Below, one piece after another: positions 11,590 to 23,090 of a stretch of DNA of 64,000 nt. Positions within the stretch are counted from its first letter, which is position 1; each line of letters begins with the position of its first letter. The translations under genes and the position numbers were made by a program. Under the pieces are notes generated by a model. It saw nothing but the letters and a program-made list of their open reading frames with translations, was not told where the DNA came from and searched no databases. The stretch is from NCBI GenBank assembly GCA_963766715.1, contig CAVYBH010000008.1, positions 288,001-352,000 of the forward strand, in the 5' to 3' direction. Origin of the DNA: an uncultured delta proteobacterium (lineage in GTDB: Bacteria; Myxococcota; Myxococcia; Myxococcales; Anaeromyxobacteraceae).

Positions 11590-11674
11590 GGCGCCCCCCG
11601 ATCACGTGTCGCGCCCCGTGATCGGCTCCATCCTACCGGGTCCCTGCCTCCCGGAGAACGCCCTTCCCGGACCG

Positions 11675-12172
11675 TCACTCCGAGGGAAGGTACCGCTCCC
11701 GGACCTCGAGGCCGCTCGCGAGATCCCGCCCGATCAGCTCCACCTGGGCGACCGGGGGAAGAGCCCGCCGGAGGCCTGGACGGCGACCAGGCGGAGCGTC
11801 GCTTCCCGTCCGGCGATGGTGGCCACGGCGAGCGGGCACCCGGCCTCGAGCGAGACCCGGATGGCCAGGTCGGGCTTGGCCCGGATGGCGATCAGGCGCT
11901 GGTCCGCCCTCGCCACCGAGGACCTCGACGCCGAAGGCCATGGCCGACTCGACGAGGTTGAGCTCCTCGCGTCGCCCGTCCTCCGCCAGCATGATCCACA
12001 TCGGGTGAACGGGGTCCCGGCCGTCGAGCACGCCGGGCGAGGCCAGCCTCGCCTCGTAGACCACGACGTTCGCGTTGGTGTTGCGGGTGACGCGGAAGAG
12101 TTCCAAAACGCAGGCCGGCGCCGGTTCGGCTCCCAGCCCCGCCATCATGAGCGCCGCCAGCCAGAGACCCAC
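11675..12172 (-). CDS. Exported DUF4833-like protein (two compensating frameshifts near 11915 and 11750)
   Basis: Signal-like N-terminus, then ELFRVTRNTNANVVVYEA...PMWIMLAEDGRREELN..E..MAFGV; ends VELIGRDLASGLEVRER. Confidence 0.6.
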   Translation of the reverse strand: MGLWLAALMMAGLGAEPAPACVLELFRVTRNTNANVVVYEARLASPGVLDGRDPVHPMWIMLAEDGRREELNLVESAMAFGVEVLGGEGGPAPDRHPGQARPGHPGLARGRVPARRGHHRRTGSDAPPGRRPGLRRALPPVAQVELIGRDLASGLEVRERYLPSE

Positions 12173-12260
12173 GCCAGGAAAGCTACGCCCCCGGGGTGAC
12201 GGCGAGGCGGCGCCGACGTGAATCGTCGGCACCGCCCCGTTCTCCCGGCCCCCGCCGTTT

Positions 12261-13458
12261 TCAGTGGATGGTGAAGCGGGCCAGCACCTTCGTCTGGCCC
12301 TGGTTCTCGTCGAATCCGTAGGTGGTCACGCGCGCCTTGCCGTTCGCGAGGACGTCGACCACCGCCCAGGCGTAGGTCCGGTCGAGGCCTGGCTTCGTGT
12401 CGGACTCGAAGGGCGACCCGCCCGACCCGACGATGACCTGCCACGCCTTGCCGCCCTTCGCGCGGGCGGGCTGCGACAGGTCGTAGATGTGCTCGTGGCC
12501 GCAGAAGTAGGTGGCCCCGAAGTCCTCGATGGTGTCCCAGAAGGCGTCGCGGCCGGACAGGTCCGCCACGGCGTCGAGACCGTTCGCGCCCACCGCCGCC
12601 CCCGACACCGTCGGGAAGGCGTAGGTGAAGGCCGGCTTGTGGCCGAAGACGAAGAACCTGCGGGCCCCCGCGGCCTTGGCCGCCTGGAAGTCGGCGCGGA
12701 GCCAGGCGGCGGGCGCGTGGGTGTCCCAGCCGAACGGGTCGGTGTTCACCACGGCGAAGTGGGTGGTCCCCACGTCGAAGGAGTAGGACAGCTGGCTCTG
12801 GTCGGTGGTGACGTGGTCGGCCGCCGCGGTCGCCGGGGCGGAGGGATTGTTGGCCACCGTGAAGTTGCCCGGGGGCACGCCCACGAGCGACGTGAAGCGC
12901 GGGGCGTCGATGACGAGGTCGCCCATGTTGTCGCGCCACAGGACCTCGTTCGCGACCTGGGTCACCTTCTGGGTCTTGCCCGCCGCGTCCTTGAACTTCC
13001 GCTGGACCTCGTGGTTGCCCGGCACCGGCACCACGTAGGTGCCGCACTCGAGGAGCTGGGTGACCATGCCTCGCCAGAAGGCGTACTGGCGGTTCATGGT
13101 CTCGTGGCTCTTCGCGATCGGCTCCGTCGGCGTACCCCATGATCATGTCGCCGTTGAAGAAGAGCAGCTGGGGCTCCTGGTCGCGGACCTCCCGCATGAT
13201 GCGGCTCCACACCTTCGTGTTCTGCAGCCAGATGGCGTCCTGCGGCGTGAGGTAGGCCGCGCCGGCCTCCTCGCGCGAGTCGCCCACGGTCGCGAAGGAG
13301 AGGACGACGTCGTCGCCGTGCGCGCCGGCCGGCGAGACGGGGTGGGGCCGGCACTCCTCGCCGGCGCGGCCCGCCGCGGGGAGGAGGGCTCCCGCGAGGA
13401 TCAGCGCGCCGAGGACCACCGCGGATCGAGACTTCCTGGATTCGCTCTTGGTGAACAT
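12261..13458 (-). CDS. Exported metallophosphoesterase (frameshift near 13115)
   Basis: Signal peptide; VGDSR, FNGDMI, VPGNHE, FGHKP and CGHEH motifs across ORFs 12145..13458 and 12261..13097. Confidence 0.85.
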
Positions 13459-13468
13459 TGGCGCCTTT

Positions 13469-15459
13469 CTAGCGGGCCAGCGCGGCGCGCATGAGCTTGA
13501 AGAAGACGTCGGTGTTGGTCTGGACGCCCACGAACTCCCGCCAGGCGTCGCTCCCGGAGCTGTAGGCGGAGATGGGGATGTCGGCGGCGGTGTGGACCGC
13601 CTGGCCGCCGGTCACGTTGCCGCGCAGGTAGAAGCCGTTCGCGTCGCTGACCCGCTGGATGGGCTCGCCGCCGTAGGTCTTCGCCTTCAGCTCGGCCTTG
13701 ATGGCGTCGGGCAGCAGGCTGTCGATCACCGGCAGGGGCTTCGAGAGCCAGGTCTCGTAGCGGTCGCCGCTCGCGCCGTAGCCCACGAGCACCTTGCCGT
13801 CCACGTCCATGGTGGCGGGGTAGCCGTCGGCGAGGAAGGTGTAGCGGGGGAAGCCCGCCGCGTCGTAGGTACCGGCGACCTTCTGCCTCGCCGGGACCGT
13901 GGCCGGGATCGAGCGCGCCGGCGTCGGAGGGCAGTGCGCGGGCCGCGGCCACCCCGCCGGTGAGCGCGCCGATGAGGCTGAAGCCGGAGCACTCGTGGTC
14001 GGCGAGCACCACGACCACGGTTCCTTCGTTCGACTCGGCGAAGCGCCGGGCCACCCCGACGGCGCGGTCGAACTCCAGGGTCTCGCCCACCGCCCGGTCG
14101 GCGTCCATGAGGTGCGACTGCTTGTCGATGTGGGCCCCCTCGATCAGGAGGACGAAGCCCTTGTGGTTCCTCGAGAGCACGCCCAGCGCCGCCTCGGCCA
14201 TCTCGTCGAGCATGGGCTGGTCGGGCGCGTGGTAGTGATCGACCACGTAGGTGCCGTCCGGGAGCGGCGTGCCCCGGCGCTTCGCCACCTTGTCGAGTGC
14301 CACGTTCATGTTGCCGTAGCCGAAGAGCCCGAGGAGGCGGCGGGGTGGGCTGCCGGCCACGTTCTTCAGCCCGGCGGCGTCCTCCACGTAGGTGAAGCCG
14401 GCGCCCTGGAACTCGGCGATCAGGTCGCGGCCGGGATCGGCGGAACCCGCGGCGGCGGCGGGGAGCTTCCAGCGGGCGACCACGTCGGCGGGCAGGCCGG
14501 CATAGTCGGTCGCGGCGCTTCGGGACGATCCGAACTGGGTCGAGGGGAGGAACCACCGGCGACCGCCGCCGAGGAGCACGGCGAGGCCGCTGCTGGCGCT
14601 CTCGTCGAGGTACTGATCGACGATCCCTGTGCCGGCGTTGCGATTGCCGGTGTGGACGGCGTTCGCCGCCGGGGTGGCGTCCTCGACGTCGGCGGTGGTC
14701 ACGATGCCGAGCGACGTTCCCTTCACCCGGTGCAGGTACTCGCCCATGTACTCGACGCGCGGCTGGAAGAAGGGGTTCGTGACGTGGGCCGGGTACACGC
14801 CCTCCTGGTTGTTGTTGGCGTGGTTGCCGGTCGAGTAGCAGGCCATTCCGGGAGCGGAGTCGGTGATGATGCTGTTCAGCGAGTGGGTCGAGACCAGCCC
14901 GAGCCCGGGGAGGGCGTCCATCTCCAGGCGCCCGTTCGGGTCGCCCCCGCTGACCCCGTACTTCACGATCCGCGCGGCAGTGCGGTGCGACGACGCCCAT
15001 GCCGTCGCCGAGCAGGAGGATGATGTTCCTCGCCTCGGCGGCCTTGTGGTCGCCGGTCAGCCCGATCACCTGGACGGTGGAGGCGACCGACACCGACCCG
15101 GTGGCGTCGGCGAAGGTGGCGGTGAGCTGGTGCAGGCCCGGCTTCTTGAAGGCGTGGGCCCGGACGTTGAATCCGCCCCACTGCGCCCCGGAGGCGTCCG
15201 CAGGACTGATTCCATCGGTCGTGCTGGTGTTCTGGACGCCGGAGGTGAAGGCCACGGGCACGCCATCCACGGACAGGGTGGCGGTGAAGGGACCTGCGCC
15301 CAGCCCCTCGACGCGGATGTCGAAGCGCTGCCCCTCCAGGAAGCGGGCGCCGCTGGGCGGCACCAGCGTCACCTTGGTGGGGGCGGCGAGCGCAGGAAGC
15401 GAGAGCAGCGCGACCAGCAGGCCGAGGACCGCGCGGGAGTTTCGGGAGTTCCAGCTCAT
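13469..15459 (-). CDS. phoA: Alkaline phosphatase (PhoA family) with N-terminal extension (frameshifts near 14990 and 13895)
   Basis: Signal peptide MSWNSRNSRAVLGLL; NIILLLGDGMG, ITDSAPG, DATPAA, IEGAHIDKQSH, ADHE and HTAADIP motifs. Confidence 0.85.
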
Positions 15460-15900
15460 GGGACCTTTCCTCCTTCCGACTTCTCTGTGGGTGAATCGAG
15501 GGCGATGCGGATGCGGGCGGGCGTCCCGTCGGCCCGGGTGGCGGGGCCCAGGTGCAGCACGCCCACCACCTCGCGCGGACCGGGCAGGAAGGGGATTCTC
15601 GGCGCCGGAGGCCCAGGGGACGAGCACCAGGACGGCGTCGGGAGGAAGGTCTCCCGTTCCCGCGCCTCCCTCGTCGCAATCCACCGGACGGGAGGCGAGG
15701 TAGAAGGCGCCGGCGGGACCTTCCTCCAGCCGCGCCATGTAGCCGGTGATGCGGACCCGCTTCCCGTCGAGCGCCAGCAGGCGGGCGGACGGCTGGAGCC
15801 CCCCGGCGCCGGGACGGAAGAATTCGGAGAAGGCGAGCGAAGCCGGCTCGACGGCCGACAGGAGCTCCGCCAGTGCCAGGACGACCGCGAATCCGCTCAT
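15456..15900 (-). CDS. Exported hypothetical protein, DUF3299-like (frameshift near 15598)
   Basis: LLALDGKRVRITGYM..FYL..C..G; corrected frame IPFLPGPREVVGVLHLG...GKVP* ends in an ATGA overlap with the phoA start. Confidence 0.55.
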
Positions 15901-16032
15901 GTGCCCCTCCCCGGGCCGCGGGTGCGGCCTTCGAGGAGGAACCTACGCGGGGCGTGCGGCGGTCACCGTTCCGAGCCGGCAACGAGTGCGTGGCGTCCGC
16001 CCGCGAGAGGCGCGGAGGCCTGGACCGCCCCT

Positions 16033-16740
16033 CTACGCGCTCTTGACCGGCGTGCCCTCGCCGCCCCGGCTGCCCGGGTGGCGGACGTCGGTGCCGCGGA
16101 CCATGTACACCACCATCTCGGCGACGTTGGTGGCGTGGTCGCCGAAGCGCTCCAGCTGCTTGGCGGCGAACATGATGCTGGTGGCCCGGCGGATCACCCG
16201 CGAGTCCTCCATCATGTAGGCGAGCAGGTCGTTGAAGAGCCGGTGGTAGATGGCGTCGAGGAGGTCGTCGCCCTCGATGACCTCCTCGGCCTTCTGCACG
16301 TTCTTCTCCACGAAGGCGTCGAGCGCCTTCTCGAGCTGCGAGCCGGACAGGTCGGCGAGCGCGGTGAGATCGTGGAAGGGGCGCGCCGGCGGGGACTGGG
16401 AGAGATCGGTGGCGCGCTCGGCGACGTTGACGGCCAGGTCGCCCATGCGCTCCAGGTCGGTGACGATCTTGAGCGCGGTGGTGATGAAGCGGAGGTCGCT
16501 CGCGGCGGGCTGGCGGAGCGCCAGCAGCCGCCTGCACATGTCGTCGATCTCCACCTCGGCGCGGTTCACGTCCCTGTCCTGGGCGATGACCTTCTCGGCG
16601 AGCGCGGCGTCGCGCTCGATGAGGGCGCGCACGCTCGCCGCGATGGCGGCCTCGACCTTGCCGCCCATGGCGAGCAGGCGATCGCGGAGCAGGGCCAGCT
16701 CGGCCTCGTAGACCTTGTCGGTGTGGGTCTCTGGGGCCAT
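16033..16740 (-). CDS. phoU: Phosphate signalling protein PhoU
   Basis: LALRQPAASDLR, DLERMGDLAVNVAE, LERFGDHATNVAE. Confidence 0.95.
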   Translation of the reverse strand: MAPETHTDKVYEAELALLRDRLLAMGGKVEAAIAASVRALIERDAALAEKVIAQDRDVNRAEVEIDDMCRRLLALRQPAASDLRFITTALKIVTDLERMGDLAVNVAERATDLSQSPPARPFHDLTALADLSGSQLEKALDAFVEKNVQKAEEVIEGDDLLDAIYHRLFNDLLAYMMEDSRVIRRATSIMFAAKQLERFGDHATNVAEMVVYMVRGTDVRHPGSRGGEGTPVKSA

Positions 16741-16743
16741 GGC

Positions 16744-17610
16744 CTACCCGAACTTCCCGGTGACGTAGTCCTCGGTGCGCTTCTCCGAGGGGTTGGTGAA
16801 GATCTTCTCGGTGGGGCCGACCTCGACGAGGTCGCCCATGTAGAAGAAGGCCGTCTGGTCGGAGACCCGTCCCGCCTGCTGCATGTTGTGGGTCACGATG
16901 ACGATGGTATAGCGCTCCTTCAGCTCGTGGATCAGGTCCTCGATCTTGGCCGTGGCGATCGGGTCGAGCGCGCTGGCCGGCTCGTCCATGAGCAGCACCT
17001 CCGGCTCCACGGCGAGCGCACGGGCGATGCAGAGCCGCTGCTGCTGGCCACCGGAGAGGGAGAGCGCGCTCGCGTCGAGCCGGTCCTTCACCTCGTCCCA
17101 GAGCGCCGACTGGCGCAGGGTGCGCTCCACGATCTCGGCGTGGTTCCCGGGGATGCCGTTCAGCTTCAGGCCCGCCGCCACGTTGTCCCGGATGGACATG
17201 GTGGGGAACGGGTTGGGGCGCTGGAACACCATGCCCACCCGGCGGCGCAGGCTCACCGGGTCGACGTCGCGCCCGAGGAGGTCCTTGCCGTCGATGAGGA
17301 GCGTCCCTTCCGCCCGCGCGCCGGGGATGAGCTCGTGCATGCGGTTCAGGCAGCGGAGGAAGGTCGACTTCCCGCACCCCGAGGGTCCGATGGCGGCCAT
17401 CACCGAGCGCGGCGCCACGCTCAGGCTCACGTCGTGCAGCGCATGGGTCTTGCCGTACCAGGCGTTCAGGCGCTCGACCTTGAGCTTGGGCAGGTCCGGT
17501 GCGGCGACCGGCGCGGCCTGTTGGGCCGGCGCCCAGGCCGGCACCTCGGCGGGTTCGATGGATCGACGGGGAGGCGGGTTCACCGAGGAGATCTCCTGGG
17601 TAGCGTTCAT
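16744..17610 (-). CDS. pstB: Phosphate ABC transporter ATPase
   Basis: [52 protein letters not shown]. Confidence 0.96.
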   Translation of the reverse strand: MNATQEISSVNPPPRRSIEPAEVPAWAPAQQAAPVAAPDLPKLKVERLNAWYGKTHALHDVSLSVAPRSVMAAIGPSGCGKSTFLRCLNRMHELIPGARAEGTLLIDGKDLLGRDVDPVSLRRRVGMVFQRPNPFPTMSIRDNVAAGLKLNGIPGNHAEIVERTLRQSALWDEVKDRLDASALSLSGGQQQRLCIARALAVEPEVLLMDEPASALDPIATAKIEDLIHELKERYTIVIVTHNMQQAGRVSDQTAFFYMGDLVEVGPTEKIFTNPSEKRTEDYVTGKFG

Positions 17611-18456
17611 CGGGGGGCACCTTGCAGCCGGTTCCGGGAGAGGAAGCGCGCGAAGAGGTTCAGCGCGCCGACGAGGAGGAGGAGCACGAGGGCCGCGGTC
17701 CAGGCCTTCTGGTGCCAGTCGTCGTAGGGGCTGATGGCGTAGTTGTAGATCTGCACCGTCAGCGAGGCGGTGGGCTGGAGCGGGTTGGTGTTCCAGTACT
17801 GGTTGTTGAGGGCCGTGAAGAGCAGCGGGGCGGTCTCGCCGGCGGCGCGCGCCACGGCGAGCAGCACGGCGGTGACGATGCCGCCGAGCGCGGTGCGCAG
17901 CACCACCCGCAGGCTGGTCTTCCAGGACGGGACGCCCAGCGCGAGCGAGGCCTCCCGCAGCGCGGAGGGGACGAGCCGGATGAACTCCTCGGTCGAGCGG
18001 GCGAGCGAAGGCACCATGAGGAGCGCCAGCGCCACGCCGCCCGCCAGGGCGGAGAAGCGCTTCATGTGCGCGACCACGAGCCCGTAGGCCACGATGCCGA
18101 TGACGATCGACGGGACGCCCGAGAGCACCTCGGAGGTGAAGCGGACCCCGCTGCCCAGCTTCCCGTCCCCCTTCTCGGCCAGGAAGATCCCGGCGCCGAT
18201 GCCCACGGGGAGCGCGAAGAGGCTCGGCGATCCCGACCATGAAGAAGGTCCCCACGATGGCGTTCCCCACGCCCCCGCCGGGCTCGCCCACCGGGGTGGG
18301 GAGGCTCGTGAAGAAGCCCAGGGACAGGCCGCCGGCCCCGTGCGAGACGACGAGCCACAGGAGGGACGCGAGCGGGATCACCGCCGCCAGGACGGCAGCG
18401 CCGCTCGCCACGGTCCAGAAGAGATCGACGGACTTCCTCCAGCGCAGCCGGTTCAC
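17607..18456 (-). CDS. pstA: Phosphate ABC transporter permease PstA (frameshift near 18225)
   Basis: [41 protein letters not shown]. Confidence 0.92.
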
Positions 18457-19418
18457 GACCGCGCTCCCTTGGGGCCGCGCCCCACGGTCTCGACGAGCAG
18501 TCGCGCGATGGCGTTCAGGACGAGGGTGATGCCGAAGAGCACGAGCCCCAGCGCGGCCAGCGCGCCGACGTGGACGTCGCCGGTGGCCTCGGCGAACTCG
18601 TTGGCGATGACCGCCGGCAGGGAGTAGCCGGGGGCGAAGAGGGAGGCGTGGATCTCGGGCGAGTTGCCGATCACCATGGTCACCGCCATGGTCTCCCCGA
18701 GCGCGCGCCCCAGGCCGAGCAGCGAGGCGCCGATGATCCCCGGCCTTGCGTAGGGGAGCACCGCGAGCCGGATCGACTCCCAGCGGGTGGCGCCGAGCGC
18801 GAGCGCGCCCTCCTTCAGCGACGGCGGCACGGTCTTCAGGACCTCGATGGTCACCGACGCGATGGTGGGGAGGATCATGAGGGCCAGGATCACGCCCGCG
18901 GCCAGGTAGCCGAGCCCGATGGGCGGTCCCTGGAAGAAGGGCAGGAAGCCCAGCGTCTTCTGGAGGAAGGGCTCGACGCTGCTCCGCAGCCAGGGGACCA
19001 GGACGAAGAGCCCCCAGAGGCCGTAGACGACGCTGGGGATGGCGGCCAGCACCTCGATGGAGAAGGCGACCGGCAGCCGGAGCGCCCGCGGCCCCATCTC
19101 GGAGAGGAAGAGCCCGAGCCCCACCGAGACGGGAAGCGCGATGAGCAGCGCGACGCCGCTCGTCACCAGCGTGCCGTAGATGAACGGCAGCGCGCCGAAC
19201 TTCTCCTGGACGGGGTCCCAGTCGCTCGAGAGGAGGAACTTCGCGAGGCCGAGGTGTCCCCAGGCCGGTGCGGAGACCCGCCCCAGCTCGAACAGGACGA
19301 GCCCCGCCACCACGAGGAGGCTTCCCCCGAAGATGGTGATTCCCCACCCCCAGGCGCGGTCGCCGGTGATTGCCGGCCCGCGCCGGGGTGGAGAGCGCCG
19401 CGGAGGCGCCGATGTCAC
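18453..19418 (-). CDS. pstC: Phosphate ABC transporter permease PstC
   Basis: [42 protein letters not shown]. Confidence 0.95.
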   Translation of the reverse strand: MTSAPPRRSPPRRGPAITGDRAWGWGITIFGGSLLVVAGLVLFELGRVSAPAWGHLGLAKFLLSSDWDPVQEKFGALPFIYGTLVTSGVALLIALPVSVGLGLFLSEMGPRALRLPVAFSIEVLAAIPSVVYGLWGLFVLVPWLRSSVEPFLQKTLGFLPFFQGPPIGLGYLAAGVILALMILPTIASVTIEVLKTVPPSLKEGALALGATRWESIRLAVLPYARPGIIGASLLGLGRALGETMAVTMVIGNSPEIHASLFAPGYSLPAVIANEFAEATGDVHVGALAALGLVLFGITLVLNAIARLLVETVGRGPKGARS

Positions 19419-20451
19419 TTCGCGCTGGCAACGGGGACCGGCTTGCCCTGGACCGTGAGCTCCGAGACGGTCTTCTCGAGCATCTTCACGACCGCGACGG
19501 GAAGAGGCGCGTACTCCAGGGGAGCGGCGGTCGCCTGGCCGTCGTGGATCGCCCACCAGAGGAACTTCACGACCTCGTCCCCCTTGGCCTTGTCCTTCGC
19601 GTCCCTGTGGACGAGCAGGTAGGTGAAGGAGGCGATGGGCCAGGCGTCCTTGCCGGACGCGTTGGTCACCGAGACCTTGTAGTCGGCGGGGATGGTGACG
19701 CCGGCGGCGGCGGCCGAGGTGGCGGCGATCGACGGGGCCACGAAGTTGCCGTCCTTGTTCTGGAGGAGCGCCGTGGGGAGCTTGTTCTGGTTCGCGTAGG
19801 CGAGCTCGACGTAGCCGATGGAGCCGGGGGTCTGCTTGACGAGGCCGGTCACGCCCTCGTTGCCCTTGCCGCCGAGGCCCACGGGCCAGGAGACGCTCTT
19901 GCCGGTGCCGGCCTTCTCCTTCCACTCGGGGGAGACCTTCGACAGGTAGTCGGTGAAGACGTAGGTCGTGCCCGATCCGTCGGAGCGGCGGACCACGGCG
20001 ATGGCCTGCGTCGGGGAGGCTCGTTCCAGGGTTCACGGCGGCGATCCTGGGGTCGTTCCACTTCGTGATCTTGCCGAGGAAGATGTCGGCGAGGACGGCC
20101 GGGCGTGAGGCGCAGGCCCTGGACCGGGGCGTTGTAGGTGACGACCACCGCGCCGAGGACCGTGGGGATGTGCACGGCGTCCGGGGCCTTGGCCTGCTCG
20201 TCCGCGCTCATCGGCGCGTCGGTGGCGCCGAAGTCCACGGTCCCGGCGGTGAACTGCTGGATCCCGCCGCCCGAGCCGATCGACTGGTAGTTGAAGCGGA
20301 TGTCGGGGTGGAGCTTGTTGTAGTCCGAGAACCACTTCGAGTAGAGCGGGTTGGGGAAGGTGGCGCCGGCGCCGGTGATGAGGATCGGGGCGGCGGAGGC
20401 GGTGGCGGCGAAGCCCAGCGTGAGCAGGGCGGCCAGGACGAGCTTCTTCAT
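19415..20451 (-). CDS. pstS: Phosphate-binding protein PstS (frameshifts near 20100 and 20020)
   Basis: Signal peptide, [42 protein letters not shown]. Confidence 0.93.
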
Positions 20452-20520
20452 CGGGAATCTCCAGGTGGCTTCGATCGATTGGGCCGTCGTTTCGTTCGCC
20501 GGGAGGTGTAACGGGCGCGC

Positions 20521-20547
20521 GTGACGGGACGGTGACGGCGCCGTGAA
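20521..20547 (-). promoter_or_regulatory. Pho box upstream of pstS
   Basis: Plus-strand GTGAC 20521, GTGAC 20532 and GTGAA 20543 (GTCAC/TTCAC on the coding strand), exact 11-bp period. Confidence 0.7.
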
Positions 20548-20596
20548 GACTCGACGGCGCCAATCGATCGCTTTTCCTGAGTTTGATGCTATACGG

Positions 20597-21752
20597 TTAA
20601 GCTTCGATGGGCGTCGTCGCCCGGGGCAGGCGCACGTGGAAGCGCGTCCCGCCCTCGCCGGTGTCGACGCCGATGTCGCCCGACTGCATCTGCACGAGGT
20701 GCTTCACGATGGCGAGCCCGAGCCCGGTGCCGCCCGAGTCGCGCGCCCTGCCCGGATCCACGCGGTAGAAGCGCTCGAAGAGCCTGGGCAGGTGGTGTCG
20801 CTCGATCCCGGGCCCGGTGTCGGCCACGTCGACCTCGACGCGGTCGTCGGCGAACCTCGCCGACACGGTGGCTCGGCCCCCGCTCGGGCGTGTACTTCAC
20901 CGCGTTGTCGAGCAGGTTCACGAGCACCTGCTCGAGCGCCCGGGCGTCGGCCATCACCGCCGCGCCCTCCGGGATCTCGACGCGGAGCTCGATGCGCTTG
21001 CGGCGGGCCGGCTCGGCGCAGACCTCCATCGCGCGCCGCGCCGTGGCCTCCACCGAGACCGGCTCGAGCTTCACCGGCCACTGCCGCGACTCGATGCGGG
21101 AGAGGTCGAGCAGGTCGTTCGTGAGGCGGGCCAGCCGCTCGGCGTTCCGGGCGATCATCTCCACGAACAGGCGCGCCTGGGCCGGGTCGTCCATCGCGCC
21201 GGAGAGCAGGGTCTCCGCCGCGCCCGCGATGGCGGAGACCGGCGTGCGCAGCTCGTGGCTCGCGTTGGAGACGAAGTCGCGCCGGGTGGACTCGGCGAGC
21301 CGCGCGTCGGTCACGTCGCGCAGCAGCAGCAGCACCTCGCCGCGGAGCAGCGGCATCAGGTGGCAGACCCAGGTCCGCGGGCCGAGCTGGATCTCGAGCC
21401 GCTTGGGCGAGCCCTCGAGCGCGCGCCGGGTGGCCTCGGCCAGCTCGGCGCTCCGGGTGATCTCGAGCACGGAGAGCCCGATGGCGCGCCCCCCGGGCGC
21501 CATCCCGTCGAGGACCACGTTCGAGGCCCGGACCTTGCCGTCCGTGGCGACCAGGCCGGCCGCGTCGGGCATGGCGGCGAGCAGCTCGCGCTCGGGCTGG
21601 GCGCGCTCCCGGGCCCGGAAGTGCTCCTCCCGCTGGGAGAGCAGCACGGCCAGCCAATCCACGGCAGGTGAAAGGTCGGCGCGGGCGCCGCCGGCGAGCT
21701 CCTTCTCGAGTGCCCGGATGGCCGCCTGGACCGGGTCGCCGAAGACGGACAC
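20597..21752 (-). CDS. phoR: Phosphate regulon sensor histidine kinase (frameshift near 20882)
   Basis: PAS-like region, RRDFVSNASHELRTP, NLLDNAVKYT, DTGPGI, FERFYRVD, GGTGLGLAIVKH; lies between pstS and phoB. Confidence 0.9.
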
Positions 21753-21755
21753 GGT

Positions 21756-22448
21756 TCAGGCCCCGTCGGCCGGGTCGAGCAGCCGGTAGCCCACGCCCCG
21801 CACGGTCTCGAGCAGGTCGCGGGCCGCGCCCAGCTTCTCGCGGAGCCGCTTCACGTGGGTGTCGACGGTTCGCGTCTCGAGCTCGCTCGACATCTCCCAC
21901 ACGTCGGAGAGGAGCCGCTCCCGCGACTGGACCCGGCCGGCCCGCGTGACCAGGGTCGTGAGCAGCTTGAACTCGAGGGGCGTGAGGTCGAGCAGCTCGC
22001 CCAGGACCCAGGCCCGGTGGGCGTCGATGTCGATGCGGATGCCGCCCACCTCGGTGACCGGCTTGTCGCTCCCCTGCTTGCCGGCGCGCCGCAGCACCGC
22101 CTTCACCCGGAGCAAGAGCTCACGGACGCTGAAGGGCTTCACCACGTAGTCGTCGGCGCCCAGCTCGAACCCCACCACGCGATCGAGCTCCTCGCCCTTG
22201 GCGGTGAGGACGATGACCGGCACCGCGCGGGTGCGGGGGTCGCTCTTCAGCTGGCGGCAGACCTCGGTCCCGCTCATGTCCGGGAGCATGAGGTCGAGGA
22301 GGACCAGGTCCGGCGGCCGGCGCCGGGCGGCGGTGAGCGCCTCCTCCCCGGCATAGGCGAGGGTGGTCTCGAAACCACCCTGGCGGAGGTTGAAGTCCAG
22401 CAGGCTGACGAGGTCTCGCTCGTCGTCCACCACGAGAACGTTGGGCAC
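21756..22448 (-). CDS. phoB: OmpR/PhoB-family response regulator
   Basis: Receiver domain (VVDDE, DLMLP, GADDYVVKPF) plus winged helix (RTVDTHVKRLREKL, ETVRGVGY); context next to pst. Confidence 0.9.
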   Translation of the reverse strand: MPNVLVVDDERDLVSLLDFNLRQGGFETTLAYAGEEALTAARRRPPDLVLLDLMLPDMSGTEVCRQLKSDPRTRAVPVIVLTAKGEELDRVVGFELGADDYVVKPFSVRELLLRVKAVLRRAGKQGSDKPVTEVGGIRIDIDAHRAWVLGELLDLTPLEFKLLTTLVTRAGRVQSRERLLSDVWEMSSELETRTVDTHVKRLREKLGAARDLLETVRGVGYRLLDPADGA

Positions 22449-22472
22449 GGCTTCCTCTTAACTCCTGCGCCT

Positions 22473-22510
22473 GTGACGGGCCCGTGACGCCTGGGGCAAC
22501 CTCGGGTGAC
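22473..22510 (-). promoter_or_regulatory. Pho-box array upstream of phoB (autoregulation)
   Basis: GTGAC at 22473, 22484 and 22506, plus degenerate GGCAAC at 22495: 11-bp phasing. Confidence 0.65.
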
Positions 22511-22587
22511 TTCCGTGTCGGGAAATGTAACCTCCCGGGGCGGCGCCGGGTCGACCTCTCCGGGGCGTTTGGCGCTAGCATGGGCGA

Positions 22588-23037
22588 ATGGCCGGCCTTC
22601 TCGCCCTTTCGCTCGCGAACCTGATCGCGCTGGCCGCGCCGGTCGCGCCGGCCACGCACCCCGCCTGGGGCGATCGGCTCCGTCCGGGTGCACGGTTCCC
22701 GATCGAGGGGATCGCCTTCGAGGGGCGAGGCGGCCCGCTCTCCCGGGGCGACGGCCTGTCCGACCTGGCCGCGGCGCTCCGCGAGGCGCCCTGGGTCCGC
22801 GTCCGGCTGGAGGGGTTCGTCGACGCCTCCGACGACGCCCCGGGCGACGAGCGGCTCGCGCGCGCCATGGCCCGCGAGGCGGCCGAGCGGCTCGTCTCGC
22901 TCGGCGTGAGGGCGGACCGGGTGGCCTGGACCGGGCGCGGCGGCGACGCCCCGCTCCTCCCGAATTTCACCGCGCGTGCGCGATCGGCGAATCGCCGCGT
23001 GGAGGTGGTGGTGACGAACCCGTCGCCGGGAACTTGA
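22588..23037 (+). CDS. OmpA C-terminal (peptidoglycan-binding) domain protein
   Basis: Signal-like N-terminus; VRLEGFVD...LVSLGV.ADRV..GRGG..P...N....R..NRRVEV. Confidence 0.8.
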   Translation: MAGLLALSLANLIALAAPVAPATHPAWGDRLRPGARFPIEGIAFEGRGGPLSRGDGLSDLAAALREAPWVRVRLEGFVDASDDAPGDERLARAMAREAAERLVSLGVRADRVAWTGRGGDAPLLPNFTARARSANRRVEVVVTNPSPGT

Positions 23038-23090
23038 CGCGGGCGGCGGCGAACGGTGTGCTGGCGGGCCTCGCGAGGCGAGGCAGGAGG

